Shown here one piece after another: positions 32,601-45,774 of a DNA stretch of 64,000 bases; positions within the stretch are counted from its first letter, which is position 1; each line of letters opens with the position of its first letter. Source of the stretch: Macrostomum lignano (lineage: Eukaryota); contig NIVC01001790.1 of the NCBI GenBank assembly GCA_002269645.1, forward strand, positions 46,801 to 110,800, given 5' to 3'. The position numbers were made by a program, and so were the translations under genes. Under the pieces are notes generated by a model. The model was given only the letters and a program-made list of their open reading frames with translations. It did no database searches and was not told the DNA's origin.

Positions 32601-35600
32601 TCTCCTCTCCTCTCCTCTCCTCCCTCCTCTTTCGTCTCCTCTCCTCTCCTCTCCTCTCCTCTCCTCTCCTCTCCTCTCCTCTCCTCTCTTCTCCTCTCCT
32701 CTCTTCTCCTCTCCTCTCCTCTCCTCTCCTCTCCTCTCCTCTCCTCTCCTCTCCTCTCCTCTCCTCTCCTCTCCTCTCCTCTCTCTCCTCTCCTCTCCTC
32801 TCCTCTCCTCTCCTCTCCTCTCCTCTCCTCTCCTCTCCTCTCCTCTCTCTCCTCTCTCCTCTCCTCTCCTCTCCTCTCCTCTCCTCTCCTCTCCTCTCCT
32901 CTCTCTCCTCTCCTCTCCTCTCCTCTCCTCTCCTCTCCTCTCCTCTCCTCTCCTCTCCTCTCCTCTCCTCTCCTCCCTCCTCTTTCGTCTCCTCTCCTCT
33001 CCTCTCCTCTCCTCTCCTCTCCTCTCCTCTCCTCTCTTCTCCTCTCCTCTCTTCTCCTCTCCTCTCCTCTCCTCTCCTCTCCTCTCCTCTCCTCTCCTCT
33101 CCTCTCCTCTCCTCTCCTCTCCTCTCTCTCTCCTCCTCTCTCTCCTCTCCTCTCCTCTCCTCTCCTCTCCTCTCCTCTCCTCTCCTCTCCTCTCCTCTCC
33201 TTCTCCTCTCCTCTCCTCTCCTCTCCTCTCCTCTCCTCTCCTCTCCTCTCCTCTCCTCTCCTCTCCTCTCCTCTCCTCTCCTCCCCTCCTCTTTCGTCTC
33301 CTCTCCTCTCCTCTCCTCTCCTCTCCTCTCCTCTCCTCTCCTCTCTTCTCCTCTCCTCTCTTCTCCTCTCCTCTCCTCTCCTCTCCTCTCCTCTCCTCTC
33401 CTCTCCTCTCCTCTCCTCTCCCTCTCCTCTCCTCTCTTCTCCTCTCCTCTCCTCTCCTCTCCTCTCCTCTCCTCTCCTCTCCTCTCCTCTCCTCTCCTCT
33501 CCTCTCCTCTCTTCTCCTCTCCTCTCTTCTCCTCTCCTCTCCTCTCCTCTCCTCTCCTCTCCTCTCCTCTCCTCTCCTCTCCTCCCCTCCTCTTTCGTCT
33601 CCTCTCCTCTCCTCTCCTCTCCTCTCCTCTCCTCTCCTCTCCTCCCCTCCTCTCGTCTCCTCTCCTCTCCTCTCCTCTCCTCTCCTCTCCTCTCCTCTCC
33701 TCTCCTCTCCTCTCCTCTTCTCTCCTCTACTCTCCTCTCCTCTCCTCTCTTCTCCTCTCCTCTCTTCTCCTCTCCTCTCCTCTCCTCTCCTCTCCTCTCC
33801 TCTCCTCTCCTCTCCTCTCCTCTCCTCTCCTCTCCTCTCCTCTCCTCTCCTCTCCTCTCCTCTCCTCTCCTCTCCTCTCCTCTCCTCTCCTCTCCTCTCC
33901 TCTCCTCTCCTCTCCTCTCCTCTCCTCTCCTCTCCTCTCCTCTCCTCTCCTCTCCTCTCCTCTCCTCTCCTCTCCTCTCCTCTCCTCTCCTCTGCTCTCC
34001 TCATTCGTCCCCTTTTGCCTGTATGTTTTGGATTTATAACTTCAAAAAGGCCAAGAACGATCCGCAGCATTATGCTCACAATAGGACCATATATGCTCGA
34101 CAGTAGCTCATGTATTTTATTTGTTTGCTATTGCAGCAATATTGAGTGAGCAATCGATATAGACTTCTGGTTCTACACAACTTGTTGGCACTTGGAAGAG
34201 CCTCTGTCCATGAGCACAAAGAGTCACGTGTTTTCCTCGCTCCGAGTAAACTCTCTCGAGCGATCATTTCCTGGAATGCTCAATAATGCATGCGGTTAAT
34301 GACAGTTGCTTCTAGCAGCTGTTTGCTTGCAAACAGCTTACAAAACAAGTTCGGGAAATTTAATTATCCGAGTAATTAGCAGCATAGACTACTGATTGCT
34401 AGGAACGCATTAAAATTAAGGCCAATATTTTATTTTGAGACTTTGCGTCTTCATCGGAGTCAATTTATTTCCATAACGAGATGCGCTAGCTTTGACAATC
34501 TCAAATTTCATTTTTTTTAGCTGTAGGGAAATTGTTTTATTTGATTGACTGGCTAAAACCGAAGGTTGACTCTAAATCCGATTAGCTAAAGTCCTTTGTC
34601 AGACAATAGAACCCAATTACCATTCAAGAGTCCAACAGATTAAACTCCTGTGACTCTCGGCGGTTCTTCAGACCAAACCAAGAAAATGATCGAATTCTCA
34701 CGGCGCTCAACTTTATTGCAACAGGTGGCCACGTACTCAGTCTATCTAGACAATTGTCGGGTGCCAAAATAACTTGGAAAGTTCTGCAGCACCGAAGTCT
34801 AATGAATTCCGTGAAATTGTCAATTGTGGGTTGTTTAAGTCATGAAAACGAAAACTGTACTTAACTTAAATCAGTGACGTATATTAAGCGCACGCAGGGA
34901 CTACTAAAACACGGGACAGGAAACTGGCCAAATCATGCAGAAAGTAGTTGGAGGCTGGTAGTACTAGCTGTTTTAGTAGTCCCTGTGCGTACTTAATCGC
35001 ATAATATCAACATGAAACTGCCGCATCCACCACCCCATAGCACCTACCACCCCACAGCACTCACCACACCACAACACTCACCACCCACAGCACCCACCAC
35101 ACCACAACAACCAACACCCCATAGAAATGATAGCATCCATGCACAATACCCTGAAATATCGATCGTTCGTCAATCTTCGCTTTTACTCAACACAGCGCTC
35201 CTATGCTCCATCAACTGCATCAACGTTAAATGGGCCACAAAAACAGCCGTCATCATTTCGATCTGCAAAGTTAGCGCCCTAATTCTGGTAACCGTCATCG
35301 GTTTCTACAACCTGGCTCAGGGTAAGACGGAAAACTTCGAATATTCATTCAGTGGAAGTGACTACGGAGTTGGCATGATCTCCGCTTTCTACCAGGGCTT
35401 CTGGGCCTTTGCTGGATGGTGAGTTCTTGCTCCGGACTTTTTTGGAGGATTCTGTCGGTGGTGGGTGCTGTGGGGTGGTGGGTGCTGTGAGGTGGTGGGT
35501 GCTGTGAGGTGGTGGGTGCTGTGAGGTGGTGGGTGCTGTGGGGTGGTAGGTGCTGTGGAGTGGTGGGTGCTGTGGAGTGGTGGGTGCTGTGAGGTGGTGG

Positions 35601-38600
35601 GTGCTGTGAGGTGGTGGGTGCTGTGGGGTGGTGGGTGCTGTGGGGTGGTGGGTGCTGTGGAGTGGTGGGTGCTGTGAGGTGGTGGGTGCTGTGAGGTGGT
35701 GGGTGCTGTGAGGTGGTGGGTGCTGTGAGGTGGTGGGTGCTGTGAGGTGGTGGGTGCTGTGGGGTGGTGGGTGCTGTGGGTTGGTGGGTGCTGTGGAGTG
35801 GTGGGTGTTGTGGGGTGGTGGGTGCTGTGGGGCAGTGGATGCTGTGGGATTGTTGTTGCTTAGAGTTGTGGGTGCTGTGGGGTGTGGTGGGTGCTTCTGG
35901 ATGGTGAGATGATTTAGATTTCTTACTTACGCGCCACTTAATTATGACTTATTTTCGCATAAAATCTCATGCAGTCAATGTGCATAAGCAATATAAATTG
36001 CATCGAAATTTTCACTTCACTACTGAAATTTAATGACAAGTAGCACTATTAGAACATTCTAAAGAATCAAGCCTATTCTATCTACCCATCTCTCACACAC
36101 AGGAACTATCTTAACTTTCTCACCGAAGAGATGAAGCGACCGTCGCGCAGTCTCCCATTGGCTATAGTGATCTCCTTATCGTTGATCACGGTGATCTATG
36201 TGACCGCCAATCTGGCTTACTTGGCTGTGCTTACGCCCGATCAGCTGATAGCATCTCACGCCGTTGCCGTGACATTCGCCGAGCGAACAATGGGCCCGGC
36301 AGCCTTCATCATGCCGCTATTCGTTGCCATAGCCATATTTGGCAGCATGAACGGTGAGGTGCTGAGCATGTCTAGGGCGGCTTTCACTGGCGCCTCCGAG
36401 GGCCACTTTCCCTCGGCTCTGGCAATGGTTAGCGCCACTAGATTGACGCCAGTGCCGTCCGTGCTTTTCATGGTAAGTCTAGCGGTGTGTCCCGCTGCTT
36501 AGTTTTTGCTGTTCTAACAGTTCAGCAAGTTGCGCTATTTCCGGCCATCTAGAGACCCTCAAGTATCTCATCTACAGACAGACCCTCAAGTATCTCATCT
36601 ACAGACAGACCCTCAAGTATCTCATCTACAGACAGACCCTCAAGTATCTCATCTACAGACAGACCCTCAAGTATCTCATCTACAGACAGACCCTAGAGTA
36701 TCTCATCTACAGACAGACCCTAGAGAATCTCATCTACAGACAGACCCTCAAGTATCTCATCTACAGACAGACCCTCAAGTATCTCATCTACAGTCAGACC
36801 CTCAAGTATCTCATCTACAGTCAGACCCTCAAGTATCTCATCTACAGACAGACCCTCAAGTATCTCATCTGCAGACAGACCCTAGAGTATCTCATCTACA
36901 GACAGACCCTCAAGTATCTCATCTACAGACAGACCCTAGAGAATCTCATCTACAGACAGACCCTAGAGGATCTCATCTACAGACAGACCCTCAAGTATCT
37001 CATCTACAGACAGACCCTAGAGAATCTCATCTACAGACAGACCCTAGAGGATCTCATCTACAGACAGACCCTAGAGGATCTCATCTACAGACAGACCCTA
37101 GAGGATCTCATCTACAGACAGACCCTAGACTATCTCATCAACAGACAGACCCTAGAGGATCTCATCTACAGACAGACCCTAGAGGATCTCATCTACAGAC
37201 AGACCCTAGACTATCTCATCAACAGACAGACCCTAGACTATCTCATCTACAGACAGACCCTAGAGGATCTCATCTACAGACAGACCCTAGAGGATCTCAT
37301 CTACAGACAGACCCTAGAGGATCTCATCTACAGACAGACCCTAGAGGATCTCATCTACAGACAGACCCTAGACTATCTCATCAACAGACAGACCCTAGAC
37401 TATCTCATCTACAGACAGACCCTAGAGGATCTCATCTACAGACAGACCCTAGACTATCTCATCTACAGACAGACCCAGAGGATCTCATCTACAGACAGAC
37501 CCTAGAGGATCTCATCTACAGACAGACCCTAGAGGATCTCATCTACAGACAGACCCTAGAGGATCTCATCTACAGACAGACCCAGAGGATCTCATCTACA
37601 GACAGACCCTAGAGGATCTCATCTACAGACAGACCCTAGAGGATCTCATCTACAGACAGACCCTAGACTATCTCATCAACAGACAGACCCTAGAGGATCT
37701 CATCTACAGACAGACCCTAGAGGATCTCATCTACAGACAGACCCTAGACTATCTCATCTACAGACAGACCCTAGAGGATCTCATCTACAGACAGACCCTA
37801 GAGGATCTCATCTACAGACAACCCTCAAGTATCTCATCTACAAATAGACCCTAGAGGATCTCATCAACAGACAGACCCTAGAGGATCTCATCTACAGACA
37901 GACCCTAGAGGATCTCATCTACAGACAGATCCTAGAGTATCGCATCTGCAGGCCCTTATATTTTTTTAAAGACTTCCATCTCAATATCCAATCTAGAGAT
38001 CTCAATGCTTCAAATAGATCTACATGGGAGCTGACCTTGCTAATTGGATACAAAGAGTACATGTGCAGCTGTAACCCCACCCTCAGGGAATCTGCACAGT
38101 CGTATTTCAGCAGCTATTCACTAACCAGTTAGACTACCTCATCGAGCTCACCGGGTTTGCTTTCATGTCAATCGTACTGATGGCTATTGGCTGCCTGCTC
38201 TATTTGAGATTCAAGCAGCCACAACTGGTGCGACCTTTGAAGGTGAGTGAGCATTCTTTGTAACTTTTTGTTCCAATGGCGATAGGTAGAAACAACTGCT
38301 GTTTACTATTGGCTGTGTAAATGTGAACACCTGTTAATTAGACTAGGTTATGTGTATGAGTAATGGGCAAAATTTTCTTTTTCTACATGTAAACATGCAG
38401 AAAGCCTTATACTTGACTCAATTCTAAACTGAAATCTTAACTTTTATCCAGCTTCCAATCGTTGTGCCAATCACATTGTTCGTCATCACTCTATTGATCT
38501 GTATTATCACTTTTGTGAAATCGCCTAAAGAAAGCATACTGTCTGTGGTCATCATGTTAACTGGTTTGCCCTTTTATGTATTTGGTGTCATGTGGAAATC

Positions 38601-38789
38601 TAAGCCAACCAAATTGCAGCAGAAAGTCGGTGAGTTCTCGAAGCTGAAACAAAATGTATTTTCAATTGTTAATTATATTAAACGTACACGTACATATGTA
38701 CTTTATGAATTTCAGATGGCATTACTTACTTTGTGCAGAAGTTTTTGCTAGTTCTACCCCAGGAGAAACCATTTGACGAGCAGGAATGA
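29678..38789 (+). CDS. SLC7 L-type (LAT/y+LAT) amino-acid transporter light chain, 6 exons; one -1 frameshift at G-run 29984-29987
   Basis: Exons 29678-30181, 35196-35418, 36103-36472, 38087-38242, 38452-38629, 38716-38789. Motifs [24 protein letters not shown](G)[10 protein letters not shown] (heavy-chain disulfide Cys), [18 protein letters not shown]. Confidence 0.9.
30167..30530. repeat. 34-bp tandem repeat spanning the SLC7 exon 1 / intron 1 junction
   Basis: Unit cttcctgtctgttg|gtgagttgctcctgtctgtc. Confidence 0.9.
30575..30760. repeat. 14-bp repeat (acctgtctctcctt)n
   Basis: Direct read. Confidence 0.9.
31130..31672. repeat. 38-bp minisatellite (ctcatgggatatcttgtgtggcctcagcttcatcagaa)n
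   Basis: Tandem copies. Confidence 0.95.
32310..33995. repeat. (CTCTC)n pentanucleotide array with recurring variant blocks
   Basis: Direct read; variant ccctcctctttcgtct recurs near 32621, 32975, 33285 and 33585. Confidence 0.97.
34895..34985. mobile_element. Short TIR element (CAGGGACTACT family)
   Basis: CAGGGACTACTAAAAC ... GTTTTAGTAGTCCCTG; TSD not preserved. Confidence 0.6.
35457..35890. repeat. 16-bp repeat (ggtggtgggtgctgtg)n in SLC7 intron 2; reverse-complement copies at 35026-35120 in intron 1
   Basis: Direct read. Confidence 0.9.
36548..37945. repeat. 27-bp minisatellite (tctcatctacagacagaccctagagga and variants) in SLC7 intron 3
   Basis: Tandem copies; the variant composition shifts along the array. 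Confidence 0.95.
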
Positions 38790-40624
38790 ATTTTAATGAT
38801 TTTTAGCAGCTTGTTTGAAATATGATTGGCTTAATTTGTTTAAAACGGCTTAACCTCTATACCGTTTAACATCTAATTAACTGGTATAGCTAAATAATTT
38901 TTCTGCTTACGACTGAAACTTTACAAAATGACTAACCGCACAGACTATGTACTTGCATGATATTTTGGTGGCGGTGGCTTAAATTTATTCCCTATTGTTA
39001 TGCTAATAGCTATAATTCTTTTAATTCTTGCTAAAAACTTTGATTCCCTTTAGCTACACTGCATACGTAGCTAGCAAAGTAATATCAAATTTATAAGGCC
39101 GGTAAAAAATGATGAAATTTTTTTATTTCGTCTATATTTAGTGATAGCAATTAGTTTATAATAAAAAAGTTCTAATTTTTTAGAAAATTCTAATAAAAAT
39201 AATGAATTCTATAAGTTAGCATAAATCTATAAACAAAAAATAATCACAGAAAAACAAAAAATTACGCTATGATAAGTCATAGCTTTATGTATCTGCAATA
39301 CACGTGTTTTATCGTCATTTATTATTTTCTTTTAAAACAAATGACCACTTAGATAAATAAGTTCTAACTGAACAAGCATAATTATCTAAATGTAGCTACA
39401 GGTACGTCTAATTATCAATCAACTATACAATGATTTTATGAATTGTCTTTTCTCTTTTAATCTTATCTTTTAATTCCTCATGCATCGCTAATCCTTGAAT
39501 TAAGCAACGCAATCTTTTAATAAACAAAAGTAGGTAATTGATCAGTTTTTAATTTTAATTGTAATTATACTTACTCTCTATTGTATTTTTATGATTGTTT
39601 TTTATTTTAGCCGGCACATTCAACATATTTCGTTAATCACTACTAATATTTAATTTATGAAAAATGCAGTTTATTTGCGAGCACTGAGCACATATAATTA
39701 ATATTAGATTTAATATGTTTAAACCAGTCCAGTACCACGATACACTAATGTAGAGCTAGGAGTAGTAGAACTTAGAAGTCGTTGATTTTTTGTTATACTT
39801 TTTTAAATGGAATCGCTTATAACTTGCTTTTTACTCTTTGACGTAACGTAAGGTACAGGATTCGATCTATGTGTGCACTAGCTGAAATTTACTATGTGCC
39901 ACTCAGCAGATCCAGAAGCGATTGAAAGAGTGTGCAGCCTGTCAGGAGCCAACAAGAACTTTGCCCCAGCAGGTTCTATAAAAGCTTGTCGAAGGGTCAG
40001 GTAATTCGACGTGAAATTCTATATAAGGACTGAATAAAGAACTTTTGCCCCGAAAGTAGTGAAGTTTGTATGTATTGCAGCTAAAGGAGGAAAGATAACA
40101 CTACCTTGACTGGCCATGCCAGATTCCACCGGTTCCCAATCAACATTAGGCAGCAAACCTCATTAGTTTACAGGCAAAGTACAGAAGAAATAGCAGCATG
40201 CAAAAGTAACGAGTGTATGCACACACAAATCTATCACCTACAGTGTAATCAGTGTTTGTTTACAATGTTGAATATTTTTTGTTTTCCTGATTAACAAATG
40301 CGCAGAAAAATGATGCGATAGCTTTACATATATGTACACCAAAACGGTATATCTATACAGTATGTACACAGCTGTACTACGAAGGGGTACATTGTCACAA
40401 TAATGTACATTTAAACTTCATGGAGGCAGTTAACTTCATTGACACCAAGTTGGCTGTAACAATAGGCTTTTGGGTAACGATTGGGTCTCGTATTAGGGGA
40501 AACAGTTGGGTGCCGTTGAAGCAGTTTGATGTCAGGGGAAGCAGGTATCAGTGGAAGCAGTCGGTGTCAGTGGAAGCAGTCGGTGTCAGTGGAAGCAGTC
40601 GGGTGTCTGTGGAAGCAGTTGGGA

Positions 40625-40809
40625 GGGGTGGGTTTCACAAACGCGAAATTTCATAACCGCTAAAAATTTTGCACTTACTTTCATATACTGCAGTCTTTTT
40701 AGCGGTTGTGAAGTTTCGCGGTTGTGAAGTTTCGCGGCTATGAAGTTTCGGGGTTGTAAAAGTAGGTGATTTAGCGGTTGTGAAATTTCGCGTTTGTGAA
40801 AGCAACCCG
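40625..40809. mobile_element. MITE with about 40-bp TIRs and a 6-bp TSD
   Basis: Left tttcacaaacgcgaaatttcataaccgctaaa pairs with right tttagcggttgtgaaatttcgcgtttgtgaaa; TTGGGA at 40619-40624 and 40810-40815. Confidence 0.75.
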
Positions 40810-41013
40810 TTGGGATTCAGGGGAAGCAGTCGGGCGTCAGTGGAAGCAGTTGGAGGTCAGTGGAAGCAGTTGGGGGTCAGGATGCTTCTCCTGACTGCTT
40901 CGTCAGGAGAGGTCAAGAACAGTGTTCTGAAGCAGTGAGCTTGCATTGCACACAGTTTTAAGTCGCAGATTGCGGCCTCTGCGTGCTGCGTGGGCCCAAT
41001 CGCTGCACTGACT

Positions 41014-42346
41014 TTAAATCACAGCAGCTTCAGGCGGCTTGCTAAAAATCAATTTTCGTTCCACGCTGGTTTTTGGTGACTTGATGGGCAGTGAAACGCT
41101 GTGGTTGCGGGCCTCCTCCGCCACGGATGCCAGGTCCAAGCTGCGGTGTCGGCTGCCGCCGCTGACCTGAAGTGTCAGGAGGTGCAATAGTGTGTTAGAA
41201 GGTGCAGTAGGGTGTCAGGAGGTGCTATAGTGTGTTAGAAGGTGCAGTAGGGTGTCAGGAGCTGCAGTAGGATGTCAGGAGCTGCAGTAGGGTGTCAGGA
41301 GCTGCAGTAGGGTGTCAGGAGCTGCAGTAGGGTGTCAGGAGCTGCAGTAGGGTGTCAGGAGCTGCAGTAGGGTGTCAGGAGCTGCAGTAGGGTGTCAGGA
41401 GCTGCAGTAGGATGTCAGGAGCTGCAGTAGGGTGTCAGGAGCTGCAGTAGGGTGTCAGGAGCTGCAGTAGGGTGTCAGGAGGTGCAGTAGGGTGTAAGGA
41501 GCTGAAGTAGGGTGTCAGGAGCTGCAGTAGGGTGTCAGGAGCTGCAGTAGGGTGTCAGGAGCTGCAGACCTGCAGTAGGGTGTCAGGAGCTGCAGTAGGG
41601 TGTCAGGAGCTGCAGTAGGGTGTCAGGAGCTGCAGTAGGGTGTTAGGAGCTGAAGTAGGGTGTCAGGAGCTGCAGTAGGGTGTCAGGAGCTGCAGTAGGG
41701 TGTCAGGAGGTGCAGTAGGGTGTAAGGAGCTGCAGTAGGGTGTCAGGAGCTGCAGTAGGGTGTCAGGAGCTGCAGTAGGGTGTCAGGAGCTGCAGTAGGG
41801 TGTCAGGAGCTGCAGTAGGGTGTCAGGAGCTGCAGACCTGCAGTAGGGTGTCAGGAGGTGCAGTAGGGTGTCAGGAGCTGCAGTAGGGTGTCAGGAGCTG
41901 CAGTAGGGTGTCAGGAGCTGAAGTAGGGTGTCAGGAGCTGCAGTAGGGTGTCAGGAGCTGCAGTAGGGTGTCAGGAGGTGCAGTAGGGTGTAAGGAGCTG
42001 AAGTAAGGTGTCAGGAGCTGAAGTAAGGTGTCAGGAGGTGCAGTAGGGTGTCAGGAGGTGCAGTAGGGTGTCAGGAGGTGCAGTAGGGTGTCAGGAGGTG
42101 CAGTAGGGTGTCTATTAGCTAGTATAATGTCTCACATGCTGCTGCATCAAGGACCTGTGAGCCGGCTTCAATCCAAGCATCGAGTCCTGACTGGGTAAGT
42201 TCAGATTCGATAGGCACAAGCGACCGGTGCAGCCGCCAGGTAACCCACCGTGTAGTTGCTGCAGCAGCAGCCAGTTCTCAGTTCGGTCTGTTCGAGTTAC
42301 AACTCCATTACTGCTGGCAGTGACAGGCAGTTGAGGTGCAACTTGT

Positions 42347-42388
<42 letters not shown>

Positions 42389-42735
42389 GGCGGCGGCGGG
42401 TGAGGCGCCTGCGGCAGGCTTAAGAAGTTCGGCAAAGCTGTCGAGTTCAAACGAGATCGAGCGATAGCAGCGTCAAGAAGACGCTCTGACCTTCGTCGAC
42501 ATCTGGCTCTGTAGACCAGGTACAGCATTGTGGCGAATAGGACCGCCAGCAGGGCCAGTCCAGTCTGCAGTCCATGGCTAGGATTATAGTCCATGAATTG
42601 CTTATTAGCCGGCGATGGATTGGAAGTTGAGTACTGGAAACGAATGGTGCTGCTCTCAAACGTTTGCTGCTGTTGACTCGGGGCAGCGATGACCGCGGAT
42701 TCGGGACTTGGCCTGCGAGTGGAGAAGGTTCGCAT
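41014..42735 (-). CDS. Uncharacterised single-pass membrane protein with polyP/polyQ cytoplasmic tail, about 250 aa, 2 coding exons
   Basis: Exon 42735-42136 (TM GLALLAVLFATMLYLVY followed by RARCRRR; donor CAT|gtgaga) joins in phase to exon 41166-41014 (acceptor cttcag|; VSGGSRHRS...PPEAAVI*). The start codon is uncertain. Confidence 0.6.
41170..42112. repeat. 20-bp minisatellite (gcagtagggtgtcaggagct)n filling the orphan gene's intron
   Basis: Runs almost from donor to acceptor. Confidence 0.95.
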
Positions 42736-42829
42736 GGACTGCCGACTCAAATGGCTCAACCATTGCGTCTAACGGATTTGTCAGATTTTATGACTAACTG
42801 TCATTTTTGCACGATGTTTTACTCTCCTT

Positions 42830-44360
42830 CTCTCACCCGTCTCCCTCTCTCCCCATCTCCCTCTCACCCCTCTCCCTCTCTCTCCCTCTCTCTTACTCAC
42901 TCTCCTTTTCCTCTCTCACGATCCTCTCCCTCGTTTCCCCTCTCCCTCTCTCACAATCCTCTCCCTCGTTTCCCCTCTCCCTCTCTCACAATCCTCTCCC
43001 TCATTTCCTCTCTCCCTCTCTCACAATCCTCTCCCTCATTTCCTCTCTCCCTCTCTCACGATCCTCTCCCTCGTTTCCCCTCTCCCTCTCTCACGATCCT
43101 CTCCCTCGTTTCCCCTCTCCCTCTCTCACGATCCTCTCCCTCGTTTCCCCTCTCCCTCTCTCACGATCCTCTCCCTCATTTCCCCTCTCCCTCGCTCACG
43201 ATCCTCTCCCTCGTTTCCCCTCTCCCTCTCACCCCTCTCCCTCTCTCACGATCCTCTCCCTCATTTCCCCTCTCCCTCTCTCACGATCCTCTCCCTCATT
43301 TCCCCTCTCCCTCTCTCACGATCCTCTCCCTCATTTCCCCTCTCCCTCTCTCACGATCCTCTCCCTCGTTTCCCCTCTCCCTCTCTCACGATCCTCTCCC
43401 TCGTTTCCCCTCTCCCTCTCTCACGATCCTCTCCCTCATTTCCCCTCTCCCTCGCTCACGATCCTCTCCCTCGTTTCCCCTCTCCCTCTCACCCCTCTCC
43501 CTCTCTCACGATCCTCTCCCTCATTTCCCCTCTCCCTCTCTCACGATCCTCTCCCTCATTTCCCCTCTCCCTCTCTCACGATCCTCTCCCTCATTTCCCC
43601 TCTCCCTCTCTCACGATCCTCTCCCTCATTTCCCCTCTCCCTCTCTCACGATCCTCTCCCTCATTTCCCCTCTCCCTCTCTCACGATCCTCTCCCTCATT
43701 TCCCCTCTCCCTCTCTCACGATCCTCTCCCTCATTTCCCCTCTCCCTCGCTCACGATCCTCTCCCTCGTTTCCCCTCTCCCTCTCACCCCTCTCCCTCTC
43801 TCACGATCCTCTCCCTCATTTCCCCTCTCCCTCTCTCACGATCCTCTCCCTCATTTCCCCTCTCCCTCTCTCACGATCCTCTCCCTCATTTCCCCTCTCC
43901 CTCTCTCACGATCCTCTCCCTCGTTTCCCCTCTCCCTCTCTCACGATCCTCTCCCTCGTTTCCCCTCTCCCTCTCTCACGATCCTCTCCCTCATTTCCCC
44001 TCTCCCTCGCTCACGATCCTCTCCCTCGTTTCCCCTCTCCCTCTCACCCCTCTCCCTCTCTCACGATCCTCTCCCTCATTTCCCCTCTCCCTCTCTCACG
44101 ATCCTCTCCCTCATTTCCCCTCTCCCTCTCTCACGATCCTCTCCCTCATTTCCCCTCTCCCTCTCTCACGATCCTCTCCCTCATTTCCCCTCTCCCTCTC
44201 TCACGATCCTCTCCCTCATTTCCCCTCTCCCTCTCTCACGATCCTCTCCCTCATTTCCCCTCTCCCTCTCTCACGATCCTCTCCCTCATTTCCCCTCTCC
44301 CTCTCTCACTCCTCCCCCTCTCTCCTTCTCTCACCCCTCTCCTCTCTCACCCCTCTCCCC
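42830..44360. repeat. 35-bp pyrimidine minisatellite with higher-order structure
   Basis: Unit ctctctcacgatcctctccctc(a/g)tttcccctctcc; marker variant ccctcgctcacg recurs near 43190, 43450, 43745 and 44005. Confidence 0.95.
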
Positions 44361-45186
44361 ATCTCAACAGCAACTCAACTACCCTACCTTTTGTTTGATC
44401 GATCCTCGAAAAGATTTGCAGCTGTCCGCATTTTGCTTAATTGTTGCCTTGATTTTTTAACAACTTTGGCCGCCTGTCAGTCTAATTTAGACGTTCGGCT
44501 GCTCATGCGTCTGATGATTAGGATCTTTTTGGTAGCGAGCATTCCAAAGGGATTAGCAGGCTTTAGCTGAGGTTGCCTAGTTCATTTTTTTAATTTCCTG
44601 AAGAATGCCACGCAGTGCGCAAGCGGAGTCTCTGTGGCAGCACCCCATTTTTAATGCGCGACGCGGAAAGGGGGGGCAGCAGACTTGAACGGCCACTGCC
44701 CTTCTTTGTGCGCCGTACGTCTTCAGCACTTCCTTGTCTAAAAAACTTCATCCCAAATCTCGTTCAATGTGTGCGTGTGCGTGTGTGTGTGTGTGTCCAT
44801 TGACCCTCGTCTATTGGCTTCTGCTATTAAGCCATTAGTTAGCTCGTAGTGCTTTAAAGCTAGAAAAATAAGCCAATTGAAATGTCTCAATTTTACAGCA
44901 CACACACAAGTTAAAGGCTATAGGTTCTTCAGAGTAACAATTGAATGATCAAGGGGGAACATGTCAGAAATGTCAGAGAAATGAAACTGTGTCATAAAAC
45001 TTCAGGAAACGCACTTGGTTGTCAGGATAGGCTAATTTTGTTGTCAGGAACAGCAGATTATTAAGTGTAAGAGCTCTTGAGTATTAAGGGAAGCAGTTGG
45101 GTGTCAGGGGAAGCGGTTTGGGTGTCAGGGGAAGCAGTTTGGGTGTCAGGGGAAGCGGTTTGGGTGTCAGGGAAAGCAGTTTGATG

Positions 45187-45594
45187 CAGTGGCGTAGCCA
45201 GGAATTTCAATTGGGGGGGGGGGCGAGTTGGCCTGGCTGGCCATGCCTTATGCCATTGCCACTATTGGCGCCGCAGGCACTCATTTTGGCGCCGCAGGCA
45301 CTCATTTTGGCGCCGCAGGTTCTCATTTTAGCGCCGCAGGCACTCTTTTTGGCGCCGCAGGCACTCAATTTAGCGCCGCAGGCACTCATTTTGGCGCCGC
45401 AGGCACTCATTTTGGCGCCACAGGCACTCGATTTAGCGTCGCAGGCACTCATTTTGGCGCCACAGGCACTCGATTTAGCGTCGCAGGCACTCAATTGCCT
45501 CATGGTTTTTGGTACCCGCCGCGCCCAACCCCACCCCCCAGGAGATTGGAGGGGGGGCGCGGCCCCCCCCCGCCCCCCCCTGGCTACGCCACTG
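45187..45594. mobile_element. hAT-type MITE carrying the same 21-bp minisatellite (inverted)
   Basis: TIR CAGTGGCGTAGCCAG / CTGGCTACGCCACTG; perfect 8-bp TSD GTTTGATG (45179-45186 and 45595-45602); internal (gcaggcactcattttggcgcc)n. Confidence 0.9.
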
Positions 45595-45774
45595 GTTTGA
45601 TGTCAGAGAAGCAGTTGGGTGTCAGAAGAAGCAGTTTGGTGTCAGGGGAAGAATTTGTGCCATGTTAACGAGAATTCCCCTGAGACTGCAGGACACAAAT
45701 CGATTGTGAGGAAAGTGTTTGCTTTGAATGATATCCATGTTCCGTATGATTTTTTGAGTGTCCGTAGTTCATGA

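Noticed and set aside
32265-34149. 600-aa LLSSP and EERRG ORFs
   Set aside because: Pentanucleotide microsatellite artefacts.
36530-37612. 360-aa SHLQTDP repeat ORF
   Set aside because: A 27-bp intronic satellite; SLC7 splices from 36472 to 38087.
42664-44570. About 590-aa Pro/Ser/Leu ORFs
   Set aside because: 35-bp satellite artefacts.
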